A DNA stretch of 64,000 bases from Octopus sinensis (lineage: Eukaryota), in the NCBI RefSeq assembly GCF_006345805.1, contig NC_043001.1, forward strand, positions 107,756,001-107,820,000. Direction: 5' to 3'. A model generated the notes under the pieces. It made no database searches. It was not told where the DNA came from and worked only from the letters and a program-made list of their open reading frames with translations. This document shows, piece after piece, positions 25,230 through 38,069 of this stretch (positions within the stretch are counted from its first letter, which is position 1; every line of letters begins with the position of its first letter). The position numbers and the translations under genes are program-made.

Positions 25230-25640
25230 TCTATAACAGCTGCTGGCTACATCTCCATCTGTTGGGGCATTTTACCCAATTTTCTGAAACTGTTTTCTCA
25301 GCTATCCTCCTGCTTTCGAGATTTCCTTCGGTTTTAAATATAGTATATATAGAATGATGTAGTCCTAAATATTGTATACTTGATGGCCAAAATTTGAAAG
25401 GCCACCGCTGGAGCATATCTGATCATATATCTGCGGGATGAGAGTTGATCTGGGGGAAACAACTAAAACTTAGATGTTCTTATAATGCTGCTGAATAGAA
25501 TCCAGAAATCCAATTTCTGCAGGATGCAGCGATCTTTTCGTTCATTGTTTTTACAATGGCTGCTTCCCCAAAACAGAAAGACACGACCAAGTATTGTTAT
25601 GCCTGAAAGGCTTTCTTCACTTCCGCAAAAGAAAAGGTGA
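25230..25640 (-). mobile_element. possible L1/Tx1-type RT remnant
   Basis: broken minus-strand motifs 'EVKKAF', 'NWISGFYS' and 'WPFKFWPSSIQYLGL' resemble L1-clade RT segments. Confidence 0.35.
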
Positions 25641-25672
25641 ATACCTGTGATTTTTTTCAAGGAAACCTAGGC

Positions 25673-25896
25673 GAGCTGGCAGAAACGTTAGCACGCCGGG
25701 CGAAATGCTTCGCAGTATTTCGTCTGTTGTTACGTTGTGAGTTCAAATTCCGCCGAGGTCGACTTTGCCTTTCATCTTTTTGGGGTCGATAAATTAAGTA
25801 CCAGTTGCGCACTGGGGTCGATGTAATCAGCTTAATACCTTTGTCTGTCTTTGTTTGTCCTCTCTGTGTTTAGCTCCTTGTGCATAGTAAAGAAAT
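25673..25896 (+). mobile_element. SINE family S2 monomer (T tail)
   Basis: TSD aggaaacctaggc at 25660-25672 and 25897-25909. Confidence 0.92.
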
Positions 25897-25936
25897 AGGA
25901 AACCTAGGCTTATACGAAGAAGCACATGAGTCCTCG

Positions 25937-25977
<41 letters not shown>

Positions 25978-26093
25978 GTATGTATATACACACATATATA
26001 TATATGCATATATCTACATGTATCAATATATATAAGAATATATTGTATATATTATATATATATTATATATATTATGTTGTGTGTGTATGTTTG

Positions 26094-26182
<89 letters not shown>

Positions 26183-26845
26183 TTTATACCTAATATATAA
26201 GCAAACAACTACTACTGATCTTAATGACCTAACTTAGACGTTGAATAGAAAAAAAAATCTGTTATGGATAAAACCCATTTCCTGCATTATATTTCAGCGT
26301 CATTTCTATAGTGGACTTGTCAGTGAATTGTTATGTTTAACAACGAGAAAGGTTTCCATTATAAAATGGAAAAAATTGCGATAATTCGGTTTTTCATTTG
26401 TCACACGTTTCAATGCAACAACTAGTTACAGTCAATTCTATACACGTTATATATATATATATATATATGTATATTCACATTTAAAACTATGTGATTTTTT
26501 TTATCTAGATAATACGTATTGGAACGTAACTAATGACAGAAAATTCTCCACTAAAGCAATACTAACATATTTAGGGCCTGTGTTTAGTATATGTCGCAAG
26601 TGATAAGTTACAGGTCGTATCCAACTTCAACACCCGTATACACGTCATGAGTTATTAGGAAGTGCGCACCCCGGGGTAAAGTGACTATAGGCAATGTTAC
26701 TGGCGATTTGATTTGTGTATTATGTATACAACAGGCATTTATAAATGATAGCCACTTAATAAGTCAGGTGAGATCATACGCGTAGGTATAACTGTATGCA
26801 TGTATGTATGATTGTATGTATATATATATGTATACACAGATAGAC

Positions 26846-26904
<59 letters not shown>

Positions 26905-27163
26905 CGTGCGTGTGTGTGTGTGTGTGTAGAGGCGCTTGACTTAGGGTATGTGGTGTTTCACTCTTGATCGTCACGTTATGATTTCAAATGCTAGACCTGG
27001 CAATGTGTTATACTTTTGACAAAACCAATTCATTTCCCGTTGCACAAGTCCACTCGTCTACCAAATATAAATAATTCTGCGACGGAATCCAGCAAACAAA
27101 CCTAATGAGCCTGCGGCCCAGGAAGAGCCTTTGAGCCTTTTTCGATATACATACATACATACA

Positions 27164-27845
27164 GTATCGTAGAAGCCATAGTCACTCATAATAAAAAGAA
27201 ATACTGGTGGAATGTCCCAGTGAAGACTTCAATAAAGTGTAAGTACAACAGACCTGATATACAGTTTTGGAAATTAGCTGCCCAGCGGATGTTAACAGTG
27301 AAAAAGACAACGCCTACGCCAAACTATTGAGAAATCTGTAGTCACTCTATCCAGGTTACAAGTTCAGGTTTATACCTGTAATTACTGGGGCCCTAGGATA
27401 TGTAACACACTGCCTAAATATCAATCTTGAGAAATTAGGCTTCTCAAAAACAAGAAGGGAGAAAGCTAATTCGAAGACTATAGATGCAATCCATCACTGG
27501 AACTGTAAAAATCAATAAAACTTATCAGAAGATTATCATTTACATATATATCAGCATGTCTAGATATGCAACTATATGCATGAAAATACATACATAAAAC
27601 AAAACATGCAAATCTGTACATATACATACATACACGCATATATACATATATACATACATACACGCATACATACATACATACATACATACATACATACATA
27701 CATACATACATACATACATACATACATACATACAAAAATACCGTTGTTGATGTTGAAATTCCAATGAAGGAGCCTTGGATCTAGGTTAGAAAGTTCTTTT
27801 TCTATTGGCAAGAAATCTTGAAGTAAAACTGAACAATGACTTACA
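27164..27845 (+). mobile_element. R4/Dong-like RLE LINE, 5'-truncated
   Basis: 'WWNVPVKTSIKCKYNRPDI', 'LEISCPADVN' and 'YKFRFIPVITGALGYVTHCL' (PD-(D/E)xK nuclease region); preceded by (TACA)4 at 27148-27163. Confidence 0.88.
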
Positions 27846-27957
27846 TTCACGTGTGTTTATATTCTTCTACAACTAGTATTCCTTGGTTAGTAAACAGAAA
27901 ACGAAGAAAATAGTTATATGTTTATACGCTAGGATAAATGCACATAATTAAGTTATC

Positions 27958-28165
27958 GATTTGGCAGAATCGTTAGCACGCCGAGCAAATATAATTAGAA
28001 GCATTTTTATCTGTCTTTACCTTCTGAGTTCAAATTTCGTCGAGGTCGAAGTTGACTTTCATCCTTTCAGAGTCGATGAAATAAGTACCAGTTGAGAACT
28101 GGGGTCGATGTAATCCACTTGATCTTCGCCTGAAATTGCTGGCCTTGTGCCTGAATTTAGAATCG
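27958..28165 (+). mobile_element. SINE family S2 (U tail), diverged
   Basis: 'tggcagaatcgttagcacgcc...gagttcaaatttc...ggccttgtgcc'. Confidence 0.8.
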
Positions 28166-30207
28166 GTATGCACACACATGATCATTGTTCATTAGAATTA
28201 TATTAACATTCACGAACAGAAGAACCGCTACTGATATTTAATTAAATAAGAGAAAATAATTCTGGTCTTTGATAGAATACGAGTTATGGAAAGAAAAATT
28301 TAAGAACTACACCTTGTACGGTCAGGAAGTCATTTTCTCATTCGTTCAGAGCATGCGCACAAGAAACTATAGCTAGGAAGAAAAAAATTCTATTTACACT
28401 TTGTCGCTATATTGAAAAATACTTTCCTGTTCTCAGGTTGTTTTGAACGTTTTCTTTAGTTTCATTTATTCTGCCTGTGTTGCACGTACATACCCAGGCC
28501 AATGAGTTCATTAATAATTTTCAGTACACCTAAGTTATGGCTAAATTTACACGTCCCATTTACATGACTATGACCTTTGGCCAATGATATATATTCAAAG
28601 TATAAAACCAGAGCTAGATTCACCCCATTAGGTGTAATAATTTTTTTCTAAGTATCAATATCAAAAATTAACTTAGAAAGGTGCTCACCAACGGTAAGCG
28701 ATATAGAGAGACAGAGGCTAGAAATATGGCATATTCCAGGCTAGAGATGACAAGTGAACAGCCAAAGGAAAAGGAAGGTTCGAGTTAGGCTTGGAATTGT
28801 TCGACGATGCTCACATTTATGGTCTCACTGGATTATTTAACTTAACTACTTTAAATATTAAATTCGGCAACATTAGCTTTCGTCTGTATAGGGACGACAC
28901 ATTAGACATGTCTAATTACGCAAATAGGTATGTGCTAGAGAGACTGAGGAGGAGATTTTAAACAGTCAATCTCCTTATTGATTTATTTCCGACTCTGTTA
29001 ATAAAGTGAGAAGGTTACATTCATTAGCTTAGTATTCTATCATCTATCGCTGGTGTTCAAATAATCTCGTGGAAGACATTAATCATAAGAATCTCTAACC
29101 TATTTCCCAAAAGACAGATCTTCAGCTGGGAAGTCCCTTAGTACGGTGACGCCTTTGAAGACAGCGAACTGAAAGGTAAGGTCATCGATGAAGCCCTCAA
29201 GTTTATATAATAAACAAACGTTTCCCAAAAGAAAAATATTCTAGAGTCATAAAAGTTAAAATCAATACAAAGTTCACAAGTTACAAATGGAAGGTAAAAG
29301 AAAATGACAGTGGCGTTTGACATTAGCTGTAAGTTCGCAGAAAAATCCATACCAAATAATAAATAATAGAAAAGAACATAATTCTAGTAAACTTCAGAAA
29401 ACCTGACTTATATCTTAATGTCTAGAAGGAGAACTTAGCACCTGCCTACACGAAAGAAAATTCATGCTTAGACATTCCACACACTTCACACGTCCAATTC
29501 AACCAGGGATAAGACTATTTCCTAAGTAATTTTTTTACCCATTGTTTTTCCCCAATATAACCTTCTCGTTTTTTTTTTGTTTCTTTTTACAATTTCAAGT
29601 ATATCTCTATTTTCTATCTGACATATTCCTCTAAACATTTTCTGTGAAACCATTTAGAATTTTGTTTCTTTCAAACTTTCACCAGCTTATTTCCCTTCTG
29701 GTTACCACTAACTTCCTCTCTTCTCTACCGCACTCTTCTCTTGTATGTAAGTGTGTGTATTTGTAAGTGTTCTAAGCAGACAGATAACGTGTAAGGAGAC
29801 TCCCAGCTCCTACAATCAAGACTGCAACATTTTTCAATATATTAATGCACACACACACACACACACACCACTCATAAATACATACATACACTGATGTTGG
29901 GACTCGATTTTGAGTACCATCACTTGTTTGTTTTGTTAAGCGTGAGCAGCATGGATATCCTGTTACGGACATTATTTATACAGTTGTGGAACTGATGGGC
30001 GCCTATCGCAGTAGGTGTTACAATAGTGATTTGGTGAAACTCCATTAGAGAGTGAACAACTGTCGTCATCATTGATGATTTTGCGTATTGCAACAACAGC
30101 TTTATTTCGGTGGAAAAATGTCTTATATTCAACAACATCCTGCAAATCTTCCTTGACAAAGAGAGTGGTTTATGCTGGATACCTTCAAGGAGAATATATA
30201 TATATGT

Positions 30208-30245
<38 letters not shown>

Positions 30246-30672
30246 CGTGTGTGTGTGTGTGTGTATGTATGTGTGTGTGTGTGTGTGTGTAAGAAATTAA
30301 AAAAGAAAAATGCACATACTTTACATAGATTTAACATAATTTTTAATATATCGACCGGTTTCGCTTTCGCTATTCATGATATTAAGGTTTACATATTTGA
30401 ACATGCATTTTCTTAAGAGATTTTTGTCCATGTTGTGAGTGATGATATTTACGAATGAATGATTTCGTAAGTAGAAAAATAAGGAGAGGTAATTGGTATC
30501 GTTATTATTGTTATTGTTGTGAGCAAAGGAGATAACTGTTCAGCTTTCGGTAAGGGGAGGGGAATATATATATACACACAAAAAGTCTCGAAAAACTTGT
30601 TTAGTGAGGGGATTTATGTACAGTGTTGTAATCGTGAATCGAAATATGTATGTGTGTGTATATATATATATT

Positions 30673-30873
30673 AATTCTATAATTATGACTATAATTAAAA
30701 TTAGGGTCTAGCAAAATTTGCTTCACCACATACAGAAATTTAGAAATAGCAGTTAAACTACTATTTTCTTATGGTAGTAAAATAGTAGTTTAACTGCTAT
30801 TTCTAAATTTCGGTTTGTGGTGAAGCAAATTTTGCTAAACCCTAATTATAATTATAGCCATAATTATAGAATT
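30673..30873. repeat. ~200-bp near-perfect palindrome (fold-back or MITE-like)
   Basis: arms 30673-30767 and 30779-30873 are reverse complements with few mismatches; 11-nt loop. Confidence 0.9.
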
Positions 30874-30989
30874 TTTGTATAAGTTTACGGATGATGGTTC
30901 TTTTAGCATACCGAACTACTTGGTAAAATTATCAATTATTAATTAATTAATTAAATAATTAATTAATTAATTGTACCCTTTATTATTAT

Positions 30990-31009
30990 TATATATATAT
31001 GTATGTATG

Positions 31010-31050
<41 letters not shown>

Positions 31051-31100
31051 ATATATACATATATATATATATATGTGTGTATATATACATATATATATAT

Positions 31101-31140
<40 letters not shown>

Positions 31141-31143
31141 GTG

Positions 31144-31190
<47 letters not shown>

Positions 31191-32011
31191 ATTTACACGC
31201 ACACACGCACACACACATACATGCGTAGTTATATCTGAAGGTGTGTGATCTGGTAGTTAATGTGCTCGACACACAATCGATGTGAGACCAGCGATATCTT
31301 GTGTTCAGAAGAAAGCACTTCATTTCACCTTCTTCAAGTGCATTTCGCTGCAACTGCTTAACACGACAGCGGGTTCGCATTCTGTTCTTGCGTGTACTTT
31401 GGTCTACCAGCGTTGATAGTAGGGTGGCGTCATTCGAAAGCTACAACATTGCGAGGAAGCACAATGTGTGCAGCGGTTTATAGCAATATTCGAAAATCCG
31501 GCCCCTGCAGCTGCGTGTAACTACATATTTTATATACGTATGTCATATGCTATACACACCTAACGACAAACGTACAAATACAAATATATAAATTTATACA
31601 TAATTATATGTATCAAACATATATAAATAGAAAATTACACAAAGCTTTATCCTGGCATAATATATTTAAGCACAAATTGATATCTCTAATAAGATAAGAA
31701 CTATTAGTAGCCATGTAAAAATACTAAATTAGTAATCTATATAAATAATAACAGAAATTATAAAGTCAAAGTATTTATTGGGAATATAGATTAGCAATTT
31801 TCTCTTAATCTTGAAAGACAAATGTTTTCCCATGTTTGCCTTTCTAATGTTTCCCAGCCATCTCTCATTAGGGTAGAAACTTTTTGATTGTTATTAGATT
31901 TCATTGTATGTATCATATTACGAACTCGAACAATATATCGAAGTATCTTCCAAAATCACACGCATATATGTACGCGTGTGTGTGCATATATACATATGCA
32001 TGCCATGTATG

Positions 32012-32089
<78 letters not shown>

Positions 32090-32323
32090 TGTATGTATAT
32101 ATGCATGTATACATATATATATAAATATATATATATGTATGTATGTATGAATGTATGTCTATATGTATAGATGTGTGTATATATATGTATGTATATACAT
32201 GTATGTATATAGATATATGTAAGCACACAATAAATATATATATATATGAATGTATACATATATGTATATATATATACACATACACATACACACACATATA
32301 TATACACACATACACACACACAC

Positions 32324-32354
<31 letters not shown>

Positions 32355-32530
32355 TATATACAGATATATATATATATAAATATATATATACACGCAACAC
32401 AAATAAATGTGTGCCTGTGTGCGAGAATTTGTATGTGTGTATGAGAGGGTATGTGTGTGAGTCTTTGTGTGTGTGTGTATGTGCTTGTATGTGTGTGAGT
32501 GTTTTTCTGCGTGCGTGCGTGCATTTGTGC
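30990..32530. repeat. microsatellite mosaics (30990-31225 and 31970-32530)
   Basis: (TA)/(TG)/(TATG)/(CA) runs; source of the 137-219 aa spurious ORFs. Confidence 0.9.
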
Positions 32531-33422
32531 CCGATCGATTGTACATGCGTGTATGCATGTATTGGTGTCTATGAATGTCTGTGTGTAATTGGAGAAGTGA
32601 GACGAGAGAAACCACACCGAAATGAGTTCAATTAAGGCCGCGTCGACGTCTAAATTTGCACAGCCAGCCTACGTCGTAAAGCCATTTTTAGTTCAATCAA
32701 AACTTTCAGCTAAATTTGACCATAATGTACAATTTACCTACCCATTAGTAAGATTGAACCAAACGTTTCGTGAAATATATCTCGTTTACACTCTCTCTCT
32801 ATTATCCGCTCCCCTCCTCTCCCATCTCTCTCTTACTCGCTCTCCCTCAGTATAAATACATACGGACATGATAGGTGCGGTAAACGAACCACTCACCCAT
32901 TAGTGTAGATTTCTTAATTACGCATTTTTTAGGAGCAGCGTGGGACAAGCAATAAGCAAACGAGGTCCGAGTCTCGATTTCCAGTACTAAATGAATTCTT
33001 CGGAATTAAAATCCACTGAGATATATATACGACCGTTATTTTCATTCAAATAAAATGTAAGAGCACAGAATTGTTACGAATAATTAGCTTTGTAAATTAC
33101 TTTCATATAACGACTGCCTTTGAGGAGTAAGAGGTGGACAAGGAATGATGGTGGTTTTGAATTTAATTAGAAGCATTTAATTTTAATTAGACCGATATCT
33201 TTGGGAAAATCTTACCTATTTCCGTTTTCTCCATTTCAAAATAATCCATCAAGTTTAATTATATTTATTCGCTTAAATTATTTCAACGATTTTTACCTTT
33301 CCCTTCCCCCCTCTCTCTCTCTCACTCTCAATATATATATATATATATATATGTATATGTACACACACACATATATATATGTACGTATATAAATATATAT
33401 GCATATATAAATACATACATAT

Positions 33423-33466
<44 letters not shown>

Positions 33467-33502
33467 ATAATATATATATATACATATATGTATGTATGTA
33501 CG

Positions 33503-33564
<62 letters not shown>

Positions 33565-33962
33565 AGGCGGCGAGCTGGCAGAGGCGTTAGCACGCTGGAC
33601 GGAATGCTTAGCGGTATTTCGTCTGCCGTTACGTTGTGAGTTCAAATTCCGCCGAGGTCGACTTTGCTATTCATCCTTTCGGGGTTGATAAATTAAGTAC
33701 CAGTTACGCACTGGGGTCGATGTAATCGACTTAATACCTATGTCTGTCCTTGTTTGTTCCCTCTGTGTTTAGCCCCTTGTAGGTAGTAAAGAAATAGGTA
33801 TTTTGCCCGTCTGCACGTTCTGAGTTCAAATTCCGCTGAGGTCGACTTTCCCTTTCATCATTTCGGGGTCGATAAATTAAGTACCAGTTACGTATTGGGA
33901 TGGTTCTAATCGGCTACCTCTCCCCCAAAACTTCAGGCCTTGTGCCTAGAGTAGAAAAGAAT
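33565..33962 (+). mobile_element. SINE family S2 dimer (T plus U)
   Basis: junction 'aaagaaataggtattt' at 33788-33803. Confidence 0.88.
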
Positions 33963-34327
33963 ATAAATGTACGTATATAGGTATACATGTACATATATGT
34001 ATACATATATATATATATACATATACATATATATATATTTCCTTTTAGAACCATCAAACGAATACTTTCATTCGTCCTTTGATTTTGATTTTTTTTCTGT
34101 CTCTCACTTATCAGTCGTCTGTGGCTAATTTAGAAAACTCATTTGTTTGTCTCCACGCAATATGTAAACAATTTAGAGGCGATAGGACCTGAAAATCGCC
34201 TAAGTCAATTCTTTGCATGTTGTAGTGTATGTAAGAAGCATTCCTTCGGTATCATAACACGGTTGTAGTCCATCTTTTACCTGTCCCATTCTTTACTTTC
34301 TTGTATATATATATATATATATATATG

Positions 34328-34373
<46 letters not shown>

Positions 34374-34495
34374 ATGTGTGTGTATATGTTGTGTGTGTGT
34401 GTGTGTGTGAAAGAGTTGAAAATTAGTAAAATTTTTACGCATATGCATATATAGATATTTTGAATAAAACAAATTTTGCTTTTGTTTAATATACG

Positions 34496-34626
34496 ACGCA
34501 GGCGTGGGTGTGTGGTAAGAATCTTGCTTGTCAACCACATGGTTCCGGTTTCCTTCCCACTGCATGCAACCTTGGTCAAGTGTCTTCTAGTACGGCCTCA
34601 GACCGACTAAGATTTGTGAGTGGAAT
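34496..34626 (+). mobile_element. SINE family S3, 5' part
   Basis: head and CORE-like segment, stopping at 'gtgagtggaattag'. Confidence 0.75.
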
Positions 34627-34699
34627 TAGCTGATGCGACCCTCAGGCATCAGTCTGCCGACTAAAATCATCCACTACGATCGTACTGCTACGTAGTGCG

Positions 34700-34990
34700 T
34701 CTTTGTTTTGCATTGCTTCTCCCTTTTTTCGCCGATTCTTGCGATGGATGAAACGAGAGAACTGTGCGATTCGCGAAATTTTGTTTTCTATTTGGGGAAA
34801 CCCAACAATTGGGGAAACCGAAACTATTGTCAGGCTTGAAACAGCTTACAAGGACGCTGCTGCCATGGGCAAAACACAGTTTTTGAGTGGTTTTCACACT
34901 TTAGATATGATCACTTGTCACTTGAGGACCAACCATGTTCACGGCGACCATCGATTTCCTGAATGAATGAAAATATCACGGGTCTCCAGT
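34700..34990 (+). mobile_element. mariner transposase 5' (HTH) remnant
   Basis: 'ETIVRLETAYKDAAAMGKTQ', then frameshifted 'FEWFSHF...SLEDQP.SRRPS', matching the mariner N-terminal HTH. Confidence 0.8.
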
Positions 34991-35384
34991 TTTTTGCTTT
35001 TGTTCAGATATTCTTCAATTATTTCTCAAAACCGTGTGGTACTCTCAACATACATTTGAAAGTAATATTTTAATACTAACGTTGGTTTATTTCATTCATC
35101 TTATCTTCATTATGCTCTCTGTATACATAACAAAGAGAAAAGCTTCTTTGACACAGTCAAGTTTCAATACATTTCTGATTCAGTTGTTTTTGTAAAAGTC
35201 ATACAGTTATTCTGCCACACTCAACGTATCTTATGCTTTCAACGAACGGTATCATTACTATGGAACGGAACTGGGGTCATAATCTATTAGATACACAAGA
35301 ACTCTTACCGTATTATTAAGACAAATAAATAATTTCAGTGATAATACCATATTATATATGGTCATATATATATATATATATATA

Positions 35385-35741
35385 TAGCCTTATGAGTGGA
35401 TTTGGTAAACAGAAACTGAAAGAAGCCCTTCGTATATATATATATATGTGTGTGTGTGTGTGCGTGTGTGTGTATGTGTGTGTGTGTGTATGTGTGTGTG
35501 TGAGTGTGTGTGTGTGTGTGCGTATGTGTGTCTGTGTTTGTGTGTCTGTGTTTTTTTCCCCCACCATCGCTTGACAACCGATTCTGGAGTCTTTTCGCCC
35601 CCGTAACTTAGCTGTTCGGCAAAAGAGAACGATAGAATAAGTACTGAGCTTACAAAGAATAACTCCTGTGGTCGATTTGCTCGACTATAGGCGGCGGTGC
35701 TCCAGCATGGTCATTTTCAAATGACTGAAACAAGTAAAAGA

Positions 35742-35742
<1 letters not shown>
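35385..35742 (+). mobile_element. SINE family S3, 3' two-thirds
   Basis: 'gccttatgagtggatttgg', internal (TG)n, S3 tail. Confidence 0.85.
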
Positions 35743-35804
<62 letters not shown>

Positions 35805-36207
35805 ACATACAGGCACATACACGCGCACATAAACATGTATTAATATGTGTCTGTCTGTGGCAAGTAACATGACCGCCTATAATAGGTTGTAACTGAGATA
35901 AATATGTCGTGTTATAGCTGCGGTATTCATTTAAAACGCATCTCCCATCATATAGACTGTCTTCTTATTTTCTGTTAATACGATATACTGCTACGCACCA
36001 TTCGTTTCCATTGCATCTCTTGTTATTAGTGGATCTATTATAAGTTTTTAATGGAGTCTGATGTTATTCTTTGATACGTATTTTTTCTTTCTCTTTTTCT
36101 ATTGGTAAATATATTTTTAATGTTAATTATTGATATATTTAATGTAAGGCCTCCCCTATGAATCGAACGTACAACTACACAATAAGCATTATAAATATAG
36201 GTATGTG

Positions 36208-36275
<68 letters not shown>

Positions 36276-36374
36276 GCTAAATAATTATTTGACATTACGG
36301 AAAAACTAATAGCTAACCTCCAGCGAATAGACCAATAATAATGCTTACGTTTGCGAAAACTGCAAACAAATTAT

Positions 36375-36537
36375 AGGCGCAGAAGTGGCTTGCTTACCAA
36401 CTACATGGTTTCGGGTACAGACCCACTGCGTGGCACCTTCGGCAAGTGTCTTCTACTATAGCCTCTGGCCGACCAAATCCTTGTGAGTGGATTTGGTAGA
36501 CGGAAACTGAAAGAAGCCCGTCGTATATATGTATATG

Positions 36538-36586
<49 letters not shown>

Positions 36587-36800
36587 CTGTGTCTGTGTTT
36601 GTCCACCCTCCCACCCCCGACATCGCTTGACAAGCGATGCTGGTGTGTTTACGTCCCCGCAACCTAGCAGTTCGGCAAAAAGCTCGATAGTATAAGTACT
36701 CGGCTTACAAAGAATAAGTCCTGGAGTCGATTTGCTCGACTAAAGGCCGTGTTCCAGCATGGCCGCAGTCAAATGACTGAAACAAGTGAAAAGAAAGAAT
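36375..36800 (+). mobile_element. SINE family S3, near full length
   Basis: head, CORE-like segment, (TA)(TG) block and tail. Confidence 0.88.
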
Positions 36801-36817
36801 AAAAATTATTAGTTAGA

Positions 36818-37240
36818 AGGTGGCGGACGGGCATAGCATTATTACCACACCGGAAAAATATTTGGCGGCATTTCTTCAGATTTCGCCTTTAGTTCAAATG
36901 CCGCCGGGATTGACTTTGCATTTCATCTTTTCGGGGGTCGGTAAGATATGTACCACTTGAATACTGGTGTTGATGTTGTCGACTAGCCCCATCCTCCGAC
37001 CTTACTGAGTGTTGTGTGGACGCCCCCAGACGATGAAGTAGGCTAGCCCAATACGTAGATGTAGAGGGAGAAGTCTAGACGTCGAGAGAAGAGTAGCGGT
37101 AGGAGTAGATAACGGTTGAGTAACGGTGAGGGCAGACTAGAGAACAGTTGAGTAGAGCAGGGGAGACTAGGAGTAGAGTTGAGTAGAGGTCATCCGAACG
37201 TGCGACATAACACTGACCTTGCGCCAAATTTCGAAACCAA
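36818..37240 (+). mobile_element. diverged S2 SINE whose tail is interrupted by an insertion
   Basis: tail reads 'cttactga[insert]ccttgcgccaaatttcgaaacc'. Confidence 0.7.
37010..37212. mobile_element. probable solo LTR (203 bp)
   Basis: TGTTGTG...CATAACA termini; flanks ctgag/ctgac; interrupts an S2 tail. Confidence 0.6.
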
Positions 37241-37469
37241 ATATAATTCATAACTTCATTAAAACCCATTAACATTGTTAAGGATATTCTAAACGCTGCT
37301 GCAGAAATAATGTGTTATGATCAACATGTTTATGTTTTATTTCATCGCTTGATAGTGAGTGCCTTTTATGAATTTCACGTGGTTGGTAACCTTTGGCCGA
37401 GAACTACGTTCTTCATTCTCCACACTGACGGTCATGTTAGACGTGACTACATGACTCTTATTAACGACC

Positions 37470-38069
37470 TATTTCTTTACTACTCACAAGGGGCTAAACA
37501 CAGAGAGGACAAACAAGGACAGACAAACGGATTAAGTCGATTATATCGACCCCAGTGCATAACTGGTACTTAATTTATCGACCCCGAAAGGATGAAAGGC
37601 AAAGCCGACCTCAGCGGAATTTGAACTCAGAACGTAACGGCAGACGAAATACCTATTTCTTTACTACCCACAAGGGGCTAAACACAGAGAGGACAAACAA
37701 GGACAGACAACGGATTAAGTCGATTATATCGACCCCAGTGCATAACTGGTACTTAATTTATCGACCCCGAAAGGATGAAAGGCAAAGCCGACCTCAGCGG
37801 AATTTGAACTCAGAACGTAACGGCAGACGAAATACCTATTTCTTTACTACCCACAAGGGGCTAAACACAGAGAGGACAAACAAGGACAGACAAACGGATT
37901 AAGTCGATTATATCGACCTCAGTGCATAACTGGTACTTAATTTATCGATCCCGAAAGGATGAAAAGCAAAGTCGACCTCAGCGGAATTTGAACTCAGATC
38001 GCAACGGCAGACGAAATACGGCTACGCATTTCACCCGGCGTGCTAACGTTTTTGCCAGCTCGACGCCTT
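37470..38069 (-). mobile_element. SINE family S2 trimer
   Basis: units start at 37470, 37654 and 37837; TSD ttattaacgacc at 37458-37469 and 38070-38081. Confidence 0.93.

Noticed and set aside
30050-30195. 'VVIIDDF' Walker-B-like peptide
   Set aside because: In-frame stop just upstream and no Walker A.
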